Notes under the pieces: generated by a model
The model's input: the letters and a program-made list of their open reading frames with translations, nothing else
Databases searched by the model: none
What the model was told of the DNA's origin: nothing
Made by a program: the position numbers and the translations under genes
Source: a virus
Lineage: Duplodnaviria > Heunggongvirae > Uroviricota > Caudoviricetes
Virus record (IMG/VR): IMGVR_UViG_2531839531_000004
Location: 1 to 35,498 of that record
DNA length: 35,498 nt
Direction: 5' to 3' (one strand)
Shown: positions 18,628-32,566 of the stretch, piece after piece
Layout: each line of letters opens with the position of its first letter
Position numbering within the stretch: the stretch's first letter is position 1

Positions 18628-19147
18628 ATGGAAGTCAACAAAAAGCAGCTGGCTGACATTTTCGGTGCGAGTATCCGTACCATTCAGAACTGGCAGGAAC
18701 AGGGAATGCCCGTTCTGCGAGGCGGTGGCAAGGGTAATGAGGTGCTTTATGACTCTGCCGCCGTCATAAAATGGTATGCCGAAAGGGATGCTGAAATTGA
18801 GAACGAAAAGCTGCGCCGGGAGGTTGAAGAACTGCGGCAGGCCAGCGAGGCAGATCTCCAGCCAGGAACTATTGAGTACGAACGCTATCGACTTACGCGT
18901 GCGCAGGCCGACGCACAGGAACTGAAGAATGCCAGAGACTCCGCTGAAGTGGTGGAAACCGCATTCTGTACTTTCGTGTTGTCGCGGATCGCAGGTGAAA
19001 TTGCCAGTATTCTCGACGGGCTCCCCCTGTCGGTGCAGCGGCGTTTTCCGGAACTGGAAAACCGACATGTTGATTTCCTGAAACGGGATATTATCAAAGC
19101 CATGAACAAAGCAGCCGCGCTGGATGAACTGATACCGGGGTTGCTGA

Positions 19148-19173
<26 letters not shown>
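18628..19173 (+). CDS. nu1: Terminase small subunit Nu1
   Basis: 181-aa product matching lambda Nu1 (MEVNKKQLADIFGASIRTIQNWQEQGMPV...). Confidence 0.95.
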
Positions 19174-22854
<3,681 letters not shown>

Positions 22855-22874
<20 letters not shown>

Positions 22875-24174
22875 TCTCCCGCATATTGCCAGTATGGCCT
22901 TTAATGAGCCGCTGATGCTTGAACCCGCCTATGCGCGGGTTTTCTTTTGTGCGCTTGCAGGCCAGCTTGGGATCAGCCGCCTGACGGATGCGGTATCCGG
23001 CGACAGCCTGACTGCCGGAGAGGCACCCGCGGCGCTGGCGTTATCCGTTGATGATGACGGACCACGACAGGCCCGCAGTTATCAGGTCATGAACGGCATC
23101 GCCGTGCTGCCGGTGTCCGGCACGCTGGTCAGCCGGACGCGGGCGCTGCAGCCGTATTCGGGGATGACCGGTTACAACGGCATTATCGCCCGTCTGCAAC
23201 AGGCTGCCAGCGATCCGATGGTGGACGGCATTCTGCTGGATATGGACACACCGGGCGGGATGGTGGCGGGAGCATTTGACTGTGCTGACATCATCGCCCG
23301 TGTGCGAGACATAAAACCGGTATGGGCGCTGGCCAACGACATGAACTGCAGTGCAGGTCAGCTGCTTGCCAGCGCCGCCTCCCGGCGTCTGGTCACGCAG
23401 ACCGCCCGGACAGGCTCCATCGGCGTCATGATGGCTCACAGTAATTACGGTGCTGCGCTGGAGAAACAGGGCGTGGAAATCACGCTGATTTACAGCGGCA
23501 GCCATAAGGTGGATGGCAACCCCTACAGCCATCTACCGGATGATGTCCGGGAAACACTGCAGTCCCGGATGGATGCAACCCGCCGGATGTTTGCACAGAA
23601 GGTGTCGGCATATACCGGCCTGTCCGTGCAGGCTGTGCTGGATACCGAGGCTGCAGTGTACAGCGGTCAGGAGGCCATTGATGCCGGACTGGCTGATGAA
23701 CTTGTGAACAGTACCGATGCGATCACCGTCATGCGTGATGCACTGGATGCACGTAAATCCCGTCTCTCAGGAGGGCGAATGACCAAAGAGACTCAATCAA
23801 CAACTGTTTCAGCCACTGCTTCGCAGGCTGACGTTACTGGCGTGGTGCAAGCGACGGAGGGCGAGAACGCCAGCGCTGCGCAGCCGGACGTGAACGCGCA
23901 GATCACCGCAGCGGTTGCGGCAGAAAACAGTCGCATTATGGGGATCCTCAACTGTGAGGAGGCTCACGGACGCGAAGAACAGGCATGCGTGCTGGCCGAA
24001 ACCCCCGGTATGACCGTGGAAACGGCCCGCCGTATTCTGGCCGCAGCACCACAGAGTGCACAGGCGCGCAGTGACACTGCGCTGGATCGTCTGATGCAGG
24101 GGGCACCGGCACCGCTGGCTGCAGGTAACCCGGCATCTGATGCCGTTAACGATTTGCTGAACACACCAGTGTAA
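22855..24174 (+). CDS. C: Head maturation protease / scaffold C (ClpP/SppA-like)
   Basis: 439 aa from GTG 22855 (VTAELRNLPHIASMAFNEPL...), matches lambda gpC. The track ORF from 22720 is an upstream extension. Confidence 0.92.
23569..24174 (+). CDS. nu3: Scaffolding protein Nu3 (in-frame internal start within C)
   Basis: ATG at 23569 in the C frame (MDATRRMFAQKVS...), at the lambda Nu3 position. Confidence 0.7.
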   Translation: MDATRRMFAQKVSAYTGLSVQAVLDTEAAVYSGQEAIDAGLADELVNSTDAITVMRDALDARKSRLSGGRMTKETQSTTVSATASQADVTGVVQATEGENASAAQPDVNAQITAAVAAENSRIMGILNCEEAHGREEQACVLAETPGMTVETARRILAAAPQSAQARSDTALDRLMQGAPAPLAAGNPASDAVNDLLNTPV

Positions 24175-24183
24175 GGGATGTTT

Positions 24184-24516
24184 ATGACGAGCAAAGAAAC
24201 CTTTACCCATTACCAGCCGCTGGGCAACAGTGACCCGGCTCATACCGCAACCGCGCCCGGCGGGTTGAGTGCGAAAGCGCCTGCAATGACCCCGCTGATG
24301 CTGGACACCTCCACCCGTAAGCTGGTTGCGTGGGATGGCACCACCGACGGTGCTGCCGTTGGCATTCTTGCAGTTGCTGCTGACCAGACCAGCACCACAC
24401 TGACGTTCTACAAGTCCGGCACGTTCCGTTATGAGGATGTGCTCTGGCCGGAGGCTGCCAGCGACGAGACGAAAAAACGGACCGCGTTTGCCGGAACGGC
24501 AATCAGCATCGTTTAA
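24184..24516 (+). CDS. D: Head decoration protein D
   Basis: 110 aa from ATG 24184 ([12 protein letters not shown]...), matches lambda gpD. Confidence 0.93.
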   Translation: MTSKETFTHYQPLGNSDPAHTATAPGGLSAKAPAMTPLMLDTSTRKLVAWDGTTDGAAVGILAVAADQTSTTLTFYKSGTFRYEDVLWPEAASDETKKRTAFAGTAISIV

Positions 24517-24535
24517 CCTAACCCTTCATCACTAA

Positions 24536-24558
24536 AGGCCGCCTGTGCGGCTTTTTTT
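24536..24558 (+). terminator. D-E intergenic hairpin with T-run (attenuator-like)
   Basis: GCCGC / GCGGC stem (24538-24551) with 4-nt loop, then T7. Confidence 0.4.
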
Positions 24559-24571
24559 ACGGGATTTTTTT

Positions 24572-25597
24572 ATGTCGATGTACACAACCGCCCAGCTGCT
24601 GGCGGCAAATGAGCAGAAATTTAAGTTTGATCCGCTGTTTCTGCGTCTCTTTTTCCGTGAGAGCTATCCCTTCACCACGGAGAAAGTCTATCTCTCACAA
24701 ATTCCTGGACTGGTAAACATGGCGCTGTACGTTTCGCCAATTGTTTCCGGTGAGGTTATCCGTTCCCGTGGCGGCTCCACTTCTGAATTTACGCCGGGTT
24801 ATGTCAAGCCGAAGCATGAGGTGAATCCGCAGATGACCCTGCGTCGCCTGCCGGATGAAGATCCGCAGAATCTGGCGGACCCGGCTTACCGCCGCCGTCG
24901 CATCATCCTGCAGAACATGCGTGACGAAGAGCTGGCCATTGCTCAGGTCGAAGAGATGCAGGCAGTTTCTGCCGTGCTCAAGGGCAAATACACCATGACC
25001 GGTGAAGCCTTCGATCCGGTTGAGGTGGATATGGGCCGCAGTGCGGCGAACAACATCACGCAGTCCGGCGGCACGGAGTGGAGCAAGCGTGACAAGTCCA
25101 CGTATGACCCGACCGACGATATCGAAGCCTACGCGCTGAACGCCAGCGGCGTGGTGAATATCATCGTGTTTGATCCGAAAGGCTGGGCGCTGTTCCGTTC
25201 CTTCAAAGCCGTCAGGGAGAAGCTGGATACCCGTCGCGGCTCTCATTCCGAGCTGGAGACAGCGGTGAAAGACCTGGGTAAAGCGGTGTCCTATAAGGGG
25301 ATGTATGGCGATGTGGCCATCGTCGTGTATTCCGGACAGTACGTGGAAAACGGCGTCAAAAAGAACTTCCTGCCGGACAACACGATGGTACTGGGGAACA
25401 CTCAGGCACGCGGTCTGCGCACCTATGGCTGCATTCAGGATGCGGACGCATTGAGTGAGGGTATTAATGCGTCTCCCCGTTATCCGAAAAACTGGAAGAC
25501 ATCCGGCGATCCGGCGCGAGAGTTCACCATGATTCAGTCAGCACCGCTGATGCTGCTGGCTGATCCTGATGAGTTCGTGTCCGTACAACTGGCGTAA
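24572..25597 (+). CDS. E: Major capsid protein E
   Basis: 341 aa from ATG 24572 (MSMYTTAQLLAANEQKFKFDPLFLRLFF...), matches lambda gpE. Confidence 0.95.
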   Translation: MSMYTTAQLLAANEQKFKFDPLFLRLFFRESYPFTTEKVYLSQIPGLVNMALYVSPIVSGEVIRSRGGSTSEFTPGYVKPKHEVNPQMTLRRLPDEDPQNLADPAYRRRRIILQNMRDEELAIAQVEEMQAVSAVLKGKYTMTGEAFDPVEVDMGRSAANNITQSGGTEWSKRDKSTYDPTDDIEAYALNASGVVNIIVFDPKGWALFRSFKAVREKLDTRRGSHSELETAVKDLGKAVSYKGMYGDVAIVVYSGQYVENGVKKNFLPDNTMVLGNTQARGLRTYGCIQDADALSEGINASPRYPKNWKTSGDPAREFTMIQSAPLMLLADPDEFVSVQLA

Positions 25598-25638
25598 TCA
25601 TGGCCCTTCGGGGCCATTTTCTCTCTGTGGAGGAGTCC

Positions 25639-26034
25639 ATGACGAAAGATGAACTGATTGCCCGTCTTCAGGTGCTGGGTGAGCAACTGAACCGTGATGT
25701 CAGCCTGACGGGGACGAAAGAAGAACTGGCACTCCGTGTGGCAGAGCTGGAAGAGGAGCTTGATGACACGGATGACGCTGCCGGTCAGGACACATCTGTC
25801 AGCCCGGAAAATGCGCTGACCGGACATGAAAATGAGGTTGTATCAGCGCAGCCGGATACCGTGACTGATACGGCTGAACTGGTCACGGTTGTGGCACTGG
25901 TGACGCTGCATACTGATGCACTTCACGCCACGCGGGATGAGGCTGTGGCATTTGTGCTGCCGGGAACGGCGTTCCGTGTCTCTGTCGGTGTGGCAGCTGA
26001 AATGACAGAGCGCGGCCTGGCCAGAATGCAATAA
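25639..26034 (+). CDS. FI: DNA-packaging protein FI
   Basis: 131 aa from ATG 25639 (MTKDELIARLQVLGEQLN...), matches lambda gpFI. Confidence 0.9.
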   Translation: MTKDELIARLQVLGEQLNRDVSLTGTKEELALRVAELEEELDDTDDAAGQDTSVSPENALTGHENEVVSAQPDTVTDTAELVTVVALVTLHTDALHATRDEAVAFVLPGTAFRVSVGVAAEMTERGLARMQ

Positions 26035-26045
26035 CGGGAGGCGCT

Positions 26046-26399
26046 GTGGCTGATTTCGATAACCTGTTCGATGCTGCCATTGCCTGCGCCGATGAAACGA
26101 TACGCGGGTACATGGGAACGTCAGCCACCATGACATCCGGTGAGCAGTCCGGTGCTGTGATACGTGGTGTTTTTGATGACCCTGAAAATATCAGCTATGC
26201 CGGACAGGGCGTGCGCGTTGAAGGCTCCAGCCCGTCCCTGTTTGTCCGGACTGATGATGTGCGGCAGCTGCGGCGCGGCGACACGCTGACCATCGGTGAG
26301 GAAAACTTCTGGATAGACCGGATTTCGCCGGATGATGGCGGAAGCTGTCATCTCTGGCTTGGGCGGGGCGTACCGCCTGCCGTTAACCGTCGCCGCTGA
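26046..26399 (+). CDS. FII: Head-tail connector FII
   Basis: 117 aa, GTG start after a GGGAGG SD; matches lambda gpFII. Confidence 0.9.
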   Translation: MADFDNLFDAAIACADETIRGYMGTSATMTSGEQSGAVIRGVFDDPENISYAGQGVRVEGSSPSLFVRTDDVRQLRRGDTLTIGEENFWIDRISPDDGGSCHLWLGRGVPPAVNRRR

Positions 26400-26410
26400 A
26401 AGGGGGATGT

Positions 26411-26989
26411 ATGGCCATAAAAGGTCTTGAGCAGGCCGTTGAAAACCTCAGCCGTATCAGCAGAACGGCGGTGCCCGGTGCCGCCGCAATGGCCATTAAC
26501 CGCGTTGCTTCATCCGCGATATCGCAGTCGGCGTCACAGGTTGCCCGTGAGACAAAGGTACGCCGGAAACTGGTAAAGGAAAGGGCCAGGCTGAAAAGGG
26601 CCACGGTCAAAAATCCGCAGGCCAGAATCAGGGTTAACCGGGGGGATTTGCCCGTAATAAAGCTGGGTAACGCGCGGATTGTCCTGTCCCGACGCAGGCG
26701 TCGTAAAAAGGGGCAGCGTTCAGCCCTGAAAGGTGGCGGCAGCGTGCTTGTGGTGGGAAACCGTCGTATTCCCGGCGCGTTTATTCAGCAACTGAAAAAT
26801 GGCCGGTGGCATGTCATGCAGCGTGTGGCCGGGAAAAACCGTTACCCCATTGATGTGGTGAAAATCCCGATGGCAGTGCCGCTGACCACGGCGTTTAAAC
26901 AGAATATTGAGCGGATACGGCGTGAACGTCTTCCGAAAGAGCTGGGCTATGCGCTGCAGCATCAACTGAGGATGGTAATAAAGCGATGA
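26411..26989 (+). CDS. Z: Tail completion protein Z
   Basis: 192 aa, matches lambda gpZ. Confidence 0.92.
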   Translation: MAIKGLEQAVENLSRISRTAVPGAAAMAINRVASSAISQSASQVARETKVRRKLVKERARLKRATVKNPQARIRVNRGDLPVIKLGNARIVLSRRRRRKKGQRSALKGGGSVLVVGNRRIPGAFIQQLKNGRWHVMQRVAGKNRYPIDVVKIPMAVPLTTAFKQNIERIRRERLPKELGYALQHQLRMVIKR

Positions 26990-27381
26990 AACATACAGAA
27001 CTCCGTGCAGCCGTACTGGATGCACTGGAGAAGCATGACACCGGGGCGACGCTTTTTGATGGTCGCCCCGCTGTTTTTGATGAGGCGGATTTTCCGGCAG
27101 TTGCCGTTTATCTCACCGGCGCTGAATACACGGGCGAAGAGCTGGACAGCGATACCTGGCAGGCTGAGCTGCATATCGAAGTTTTCCTGCCTGCTCAGGT
27201 GCCGGATTCAGAGCTGGATTCGTGGATGGAGTTCCGGATTTATCCGGTGATGAGCGATATCCCGGCACTGTCAGATTTGATCACCAGTATGGTGGCCAGT
27301 GGCTATGACTACCGGCGCGACGATGATGCGGGCCTGTGGAGTTCAGCCGATCTGACGTATGTCATTACCTATGAAATGTGA
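26986..27381 (+). CDS. U: Tail terminator protein U
   Basis: 131 aa, matches lambda gpU. Confidence 0.93.
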   Translation: MKHTELRAAVLDALEKHDTGATLFDGRPAVFDEADFPAVAVYLTGAEYTGEELDSDTWQAELHIEVFLPAQVPDSELDSWMEFRIYPVMSDIPALSDLITSMVASGYDYRRDDDAGLWSSADLTYVITYEM

Positions 27382-27388
27382 GGACGAT

Positions 27389-28129
27389 ATGCCTGTACCA
27401 AATCCTGTAATGCCGGTGAAAGGTGCCGGGACCACCCTGTGGGTTTATAACGGGAGCGGCGACCCTTATGCGAACCCGCTTTCAGATGTTGACTGGTCGC
27501 GTCTGGCTAAAGTTAAAGACCTGACGCCCGGCGAACTGACCGCTGAGTCCTATGACGACAGTTATCTCGATGATGAAGATGCGGACTGGACCGCGACCGG
27601 GCAGGGGCAGAAATCCGCCGGAGATACCAGCTTCACGCTGGCGTGGATGCCCGGAGAGCAGGGGCAGCAGGCGCTGCTGGCGTGGTTTAATGAAGGCGAT
27701 ACCCGTGCCTATAAAATCCGCTTCCCGAACGGCACGGTCGATGTGTTCCGTGGCTGGGTCAGCAGGATCGGTAAGGCGGTGACGGCGAAGGAAGTGATCA
27801 CCCGTACGGTGAAGGTCACCAATGTGGGCCGTCCGTCAATGGCAGAAGATCGCAGTACGGTGACGGCGGCAACCGGTATGACTGTGACGCCTGCCAGCTC
27901 CTCGGTGGTGAAAGGGCAGAGCACCACGCTGACCGTGGCATTCCAGCCGGAGGGTGCAACTGACAAGAGCTTCCGTGCGGTGTCAGCGGATAAAACAAAA
28001 GCCACCGTGTCGGTCAGTGGTATGACCATCACCGTGAATGGCGTTGCTGCAGGTAAGGTCAACATTCCGGTCGTATCCGGTAATGGTGAGTTTGCTGCGG
28101 TTGCAGAAATCACCGTCACCGCCAGTTAA
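27389..28129 (+). CDS. V: Major tail tube protein V (with C-terminal Ig-like domain)
   Basis: 246 aa from ATG 27389 ([33 protein letters not shown]...), matches lambda gpV. Confidence 0.95.
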   Translation: MPVPNPVMPVKGAGTTLWVYNGSGDPYANPLSDVDWSRLAKVKDLTPGELTAESYDDSYLDDEDADWTATGQGQKSAGDTSFTLAWMPGEQGQQALLAWFNEGDTRAYKIRFPNGTVDVFRGWVSRIGKAVTAKEVITRTVKVTNVGRPSMAEDRSTVTAATGMTVTPASSSVVKGQSTTLTVAFQPEGATDKSFRAVSADKTKATVSVSGMTITVNGVAAGKVNIPVVSGNGEFAAVAEITVTAS

Positions 28130-28144
28130 TCCGGAGAGTCAGCG

Positions 28145-28567
28145 ATGTTCCTGAAAACCGAATCATTTGAACATAACGGTGTGACCGTCACGCTTTCTGA
28201 ACTGTCAGCCCTGCAGCGTATTGAGCATCTCGCCCTGATGAAACGGCAGGCAGAACAGGCGGAGTCAGACAGCAACCGGAAGTTTACTGTGGAAGACGCC
28301 ATCAGAACCGGCGCGTTTCTGGTGGCGATGTCCCTGTGGCATAACCATCCGCAGAAGACGCAGATGCCGTCCATGAATGAAGCCGTTAAACAGATTGAGC
28401 AGGAAGTGCTTACCACCTGGCCCACGGAGGCAATTTCTCATGCTGAAAACGTGGTGTACCGGCTGTCCGGTATGTATGAGTTTGTTGTGAATAATACCCC
28501 TGAACAGACAGAGGACGCCGGGCCTGCAGAGCCTGTTTCTGCGGGAAAGTGTTCGACGGTGAGCTGA
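28145..28567 (+). CDS. G: Tail assembly chaperone G
   Basis: 140 aa, matches lambda gpG. Confidence 0.93.
   Translation: MFLKTESFEHNGVTVTLSELSALQRIEHLALMKRQAEQAESDSNRKFTVEDAIRTGAFLVAMSLWHNHPQKTQMPSMNEAVKQIEQEVLTTWPTEAISHAENVVYRLSGMYEFVVNNTPEQTEDAGPAEPVSAGKCSTVS
28543..28549 (+). promoter_or_regulatory. G-T programmed -1 ribosomal frameshift slippery heptamer (G GGA AAG)
   Basis: GGGAAAG at 28543-28549 near the 3' end of G, where the T frame is already open. Same motif and position as the lambda G/GT frameshift. Confidence 0.8.
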
Positions 28568-28983
28568 GTTTTGCCCTGAAACTGGCGCGTGAGATGGGGC
28601 GACCCGACTGGCGTGCCATGCTTGCCGGGATGTCATCCACGGAGTATGCCGACTGGCACCGCTTTTACAGTACCCATTATTTTCATGATGTTCTGCTGGA
28701 TATGCACTTTTCCGGGCTGACGTACACCGTGCTCAGCCTGTTTTTCAGCGATCCGGATATGCATCCGCTGGATTTCAGTCTGCTTAACCGGCGCGAGGCT
28801 GACGAAGAGCCTGAAGATGATGTGCTGATGCAGAAAGCGGCAGGGCTTGCCGGAGGTGTCCGCTTTGGCCCGGACGGGAATGAAGTTATCCCCGCTTCCC
28901 CGGATGTGGCGGACATGACGGAGGATGACGTAATGCTGATGACAGTATCAGAAGGGATCGCAGGAGGAGTCCGGTATGGCTGA
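28549..28983 (+). CDS. T: T portion of the G-T tail assembly chaperone fusion (expressed via -1 frameshift)
   Basis: Open frame overlapping the G 3' end and ending at 28983; translation matches lambda T. Confidence 0.85.
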   Translation: MFDGELSFALKLAREMGRPDWRAMLAGMSSTEYADWHRFYSTHYFHDVLLDMHFSGLTYTVLSLFFSDPDMHPLDFSLLNRREADEEPEDDVLMQKAAGLAGGVRFGPDGNEVIPASPDVADMTEDDVMLMTVSEGIAGGVRYG

Positions 28984-31537
28984 ACCGGTAGGCGATCTGG
29001 TCGTTGATTTAAGTCTGGATGCGGCCAGATTTGACGAGCAGATGGCCAGAGTCAGGCGTCATTTTTCCGGTACGGAAACTGATGCGAAAAAAACAGCGGC
29101 AGTCGTTGAACAGTCGCTGAGCCGACAGGCGCTGGCTGCACAGAAAGCGGGGATTTCCGTCGGGCAGTATAAAGCCGCCATGCGTATGCTGCCTGCACAG
29201 TTCACCGACGTGGCCACGCAGCTTGCAGGCGGGCAAAGCCCGTGGCTGATCCTGCTGCAACAGGGTGGTCAGGTTAAGGACTCCTTCGGCGGGATGATCC
29301 CCATGTTCCGGGGGCTTGCCGGTGCGATCACCCTGCCGATGGTCGGGGCCACCTCGCTGGCGGTGGCGACCGGTGCGCTGGCGTATGCCTGGTATCAGGG
29401 TAACTCAACCCTGTCCGATTTCAACAAAACGCTGGTCCTTTCCGGTAATCAGTCGGGTCTGACGGCAGATCGTATGCTGGTCCTGTCCAGAGCCGGGCAG
29501 GCGGCAGGGCTGACGTTTAACCAGACCAGCGAGTCACTCAGTGCACTGGTTAAGGCGGGGGTAAGCGGTGAGGCTCAGATTGCGTCCATCAGCCAGAGTG
29601 TGGCGCGTTTCTCTTCTGCATCCGGTGTGGAGGTGGACAAGGTCGCTGAAGCCTTCGGGAAGCTGACCACTGACCCGACGTCGGGGCTGACGGCGATGGC
29701 GCGCCAGTTCCATAACGTGACGGCGGAGCAGATTGCGCATGTTGCTCAGTTGCAGCGTTCCGGCGATGAAGCCGGGGCATTGCAGGCGGCGAACGAAGCC
29801 GCAACGAAAGGGTTTGATGACCAGACCCGCCGCCTGAAAGAGAACATGGGCACGCTGGAGACCTGGGCAGACAGGACAGCGCGGGCATTCAAATCCATGT
29901 GGGATGCGGTGCTGGATATTGGTCGTCCTGATACCGCGCAGGAGATGCTGATTAAGGCAGAGGCTGCGTTTAAGAAAGCAGACGACATCTGGAATCTGCG
30001 CAAGGATGATTATTTTGTTAACGATGAAGCGCGGGCGCGTTACTGGGATGATCGTGAAAAGGCCCGTCTTGCGCTTGAAGCCGCCCGAAAGAAGGCTGAG
30101 CAGCAGACTCAACAGGACAAAAATGCGCAGCAGCAGAGCGATACCGAAGCGTCACGGCTGAAATATACCGAAGAGGCGCAGAAGGCTTACGAACGGCTGC
30201 AGACGCCGCTGGAGAAATATACCGCCCGTCAGGAAGAACTGAACAAGGCACTGAAAGACGGGAAAATCCTGCAGGCGGATTACAACACGCTGATGGCGGC
30301 GGCGAAAAAGGATTATGAAGCGACGCTGAAAAAGCCGAAACAGTCCGGCGTGAAGGTGTCTGCGGGCGATCGTCAGGAAGACAGTGCTCATGCTGCCCTG
30401 CTGACGCTTCAGGCAGAACTCCGGACGCTGGAGAAGCATGCCGGAGCGAATGAGAAAATCAGCCAGCAGCGCCGGGATTTGTGGAAGGCGGAGAGTCAGT
30501 TCGCGGTACTGGAGGAGGCGGCGCAACGTCGCCAGCTGTCTGCACAGGAGAAATCCCTGCTGGCGCATAAAGATGAGACGCTGGAGTACAAACGCCAGCT
30601 GGCTGCACTTGGCGACAAGGTTACGTATCAGGAGCGCCTGAACGCGCTGGCGCAGCAGGCGGATAAATTCGCACAGCAGCAACGGGCAAAACGGGCCGCC
30701 ATTGATGCGAAAAGCCGGGGGCTGACTGACCGGCAGGCAGAACGGGAAGCCACGGAACAGCGCCTGAAGGAACAGTATGGCGATAATCCGCTGGCGCTGA
30801 ATAACGTCATGTCAGAGCAGAAAAAGACCTGGGCGGCTGAAGACCAGCTTCGCGGGAGCTGGATGGCAGGCCTGAAGTCCGGCTGGAGTGAGTGGGAAGA
30901 GAGCGCCACGGACAGTATGTCGCAGGTAAAAAGTGCAGCCACGCAGACCTTTGATGGTATTGCACAGAATATGGCGGCGATGCTGACCGGCAGTGAGCAG
31001 AACTGGCGCAGCTTCACCCGCTCTGTGCTGTCCATGATGACAGAAATTCTGCTTAAGCAGGCAATGGTGGGGATTGTCGGGAGTATCGGCAGCGCCATTG
31101 GCGGGGCTGTTGGTGGCGGCGCATCCGCGTCAGGCGGCACAGCCATTCAGGCCGCTGCGGCGAAATTCCATTTTGCAACCGGAGGATTTACGGGAACCGG
31201 CGGCAAATATGAGCCAGCGGGGATTGTTCACCGTGGTGAATTTGTCTTCACGAAGGAGGCAACCAGCCGGATTGGCGTGGGAAATCTCTACCGGCTGATG
31301 CGCGGCTATGCCACCGGCGGTTATGTCGGTGGCACCGGAAGTCCGGCGCAAATGCGGCGTTCAGAGGGTATCAGGTTTGAGCATAACAACAACGTGGTGA
31401 TTCAGAACGACGGTACGAATGGTCTGCCAGGTCCACAGATGATGAAAGCAGTGTATGACATGGCCCGCAAGGGTGCCCGTGATGAAATTCAGACACAGAT
31501 GCGTGATGGTGGCCTGTTCTCCGGAGGTGGACGATGA
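28976..31537 (+). CDS. H: Tail tape measure protein H
   Basis: 853 aa, matches lambda gpH. Confidence 0.95.
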   Translation: MAEPVGDLVVDLSLDAARFDEQMARVRRHFSGTETDAKKTAAVVEQSLSRQALAAQKAGISVGQYKAAMRMLPAQFTDVATQLAGGQSPWLILLQQGGQVKDSFGGMIPMFRGLAGAITLPMVGATSLAVATGALAYAWYQGNSTLSDFNKTLVLSGNQSGLTADRMLVLSRAGQAAGLTFNQTSESLSALVKAGVSGEAQIASISQSVARFSSASGVEVDKVAEAFGKLTTDPTSGLTAMARQFHNVTAEQIAHVAQLQRSGDEAGALQAANEAATKGFDDQTRRLKENMGTLETWADRTARAFKSMWDAVLDIGRPDTAQEMLIKAEAAFKKADDIWNLRKDDYFVNDEARARYWDDREKARLALEAARKKAEQQTQQDKNAQQQSDTEASRLKYTEEAQKAYERLQTPLEKYTARQEELNKALKDGKILQADYNTLMAAAKKDYEATLKKPKQSGVKVSAGDRQEDSAHAALLTLQAELRTLEKHAGANEKISQQRRDLWKAESQFAVLEEAAQRRQLSAQEKSLLAHKDETLEYKRQLAALGDKVTYQERLNALAQQADKFAQQQRAKRAAIDAKSRGLTDRQAEREATEQRLKEQYGDNPLALNNVMSEQKKTWAAEDQLRGSWMAGLKSGWSEWEESATDSMSQVKSAATQTFDGIAQNMAAMLTGSEQNWRSFTRSVLSMMTEILLKQAMVGIVGSIGSAIGGAVGGGASASGGTAIQAAAAKFHFATGGFTGTGGKYEPAGIVHRGEFVFTKEATSRIGVGNLYRLMRGYATGGYVGGTGSPAQMRRSEGIRFEHNNNVVIQNDGTNGLPGPQMMKAVYDMARKGARDEIQTQMRDGGLFSGGGR

Positions 31538-31863
31538 AGACCTTCCGCTGGAAAGTGAAACCCGGTATGGATGTGGCTTCGGTCCCTTCTGTAAGAAAGG
31601 TGCGCTTTGGTGATGGCTATTCCCAGCGAGCGCCTGCCGGGCTGAATGCCAACCTGAAAACGTACAGCGTGACGCTTTCTGTCCCCCGTGAGGAGGCCAC
31701 GGTACTGGAGTCGTTTCTGGAAGAGCACGGGGGCTGGAAATCCTTTCTGTGGACGCCGCCTTATGAGTGGCGGCAGATAAAGGTGACCTGCGCAAAATGG
31801 TCGTCGCGGGTCAGTATGCTGCGTGTTGAGTTCAGCGCAGAGTTTGAACAGGTGGTGAACTGA
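31534..31863 (+). CDS. M: Tail tip protein M
   Basis: 109 aa, matches lambda gpM. Confidence 0.93.
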   Translation: MKTFRWKVKPGMDVASVPSVRKVRFGDGYSQRAPAGLNANLKTYSVTLSVPREEATVLESFLEEHGGWKSFLWTPPYEWRQIKVTCAKWSSRVSMLRVEFSAEFEQVVN

Positions 31864-32561
31864 TGCAGGATATCCGGCAGGAAACACTGAATGAATGCAC
31901 CCGTGCGGAGCAGTCGGCCAGCGTGGTGCTCTGGGAAATCGACCTGACAGAGGTCGGTGGAGAACGTTATTTTTTCTGTAATGAGCAAAACGAAAAAGGT
32001 GAGCCGGTTACCTGGCAGGGGCGGCAGTATCAGGCATACCCCATTCAGGGGACGGGATTTGAACTGAACGGCAAGGGCAGTGCTGCCCGTCCGATACTGA
32101 CGGTTTCTAACCTGCACGGCATGGTCACGGGGATGGCGGAAGACCTGCAGAGTCTGGTCGGCGGAACGGTGGTCAGGCGTAAGGTTTACGCCCGTTTTCT
32201 GGATGCGGTGAACTTCGTCAACGGAAACAGCGACGCCGATCCGGAGCAGGAGGTGATCAGCCGCTGGCGCATCGAGCAGTGCAGCGAACTGAGTGCGGTC
32301 AGTGCCTCCTTTGTGTTGTCCACACCGACGGAAACGGATGGTGCCGTTTTTCCGGGGCGCATCATGCTGGCTAATACCTGCACCTGGACCTATCGCGGTG
32401 ATGAGTGCGGTTATCAAGGTCCGGCTGTCGCGGATGAATATGATCAGCCGACGTCCGATATCACGAAGGATAAATGCAGCAAATGCCTGAGTGGCTGTAA
32501 GTTCCGCAATAATGTCGGCAACTTTGGCGGCTTCCTTTCCATTAACAAACTTTCGCAGTAA
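31863..32561 (+). CDS. L: Tail tip protein L
   Basis: 232 aa, matches lambda gpL. Confidence 0.93.
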   Translation: MQDIRQETLNECTRAEQSASVVLWEIDLTEVGGERYFFCNEQNEKGEPVTWQGRQYQAYPIQGTGFELNGKGSAARPILTVSNLHGMVTGMAEDLQSLVGGTVVRRKVYARFLDAVNFVNGNSDADPEQEVISRWRIEQCSELSAVSASFVLSTPTETDGAVFPGRIMLANTCTWTYRGDECGYQGPAVADEYDQPTSDITKDKCSKCLSGCKFRNNVGNFGGFLSINKLSQ

Positions 32562-32566
32562 ATCCC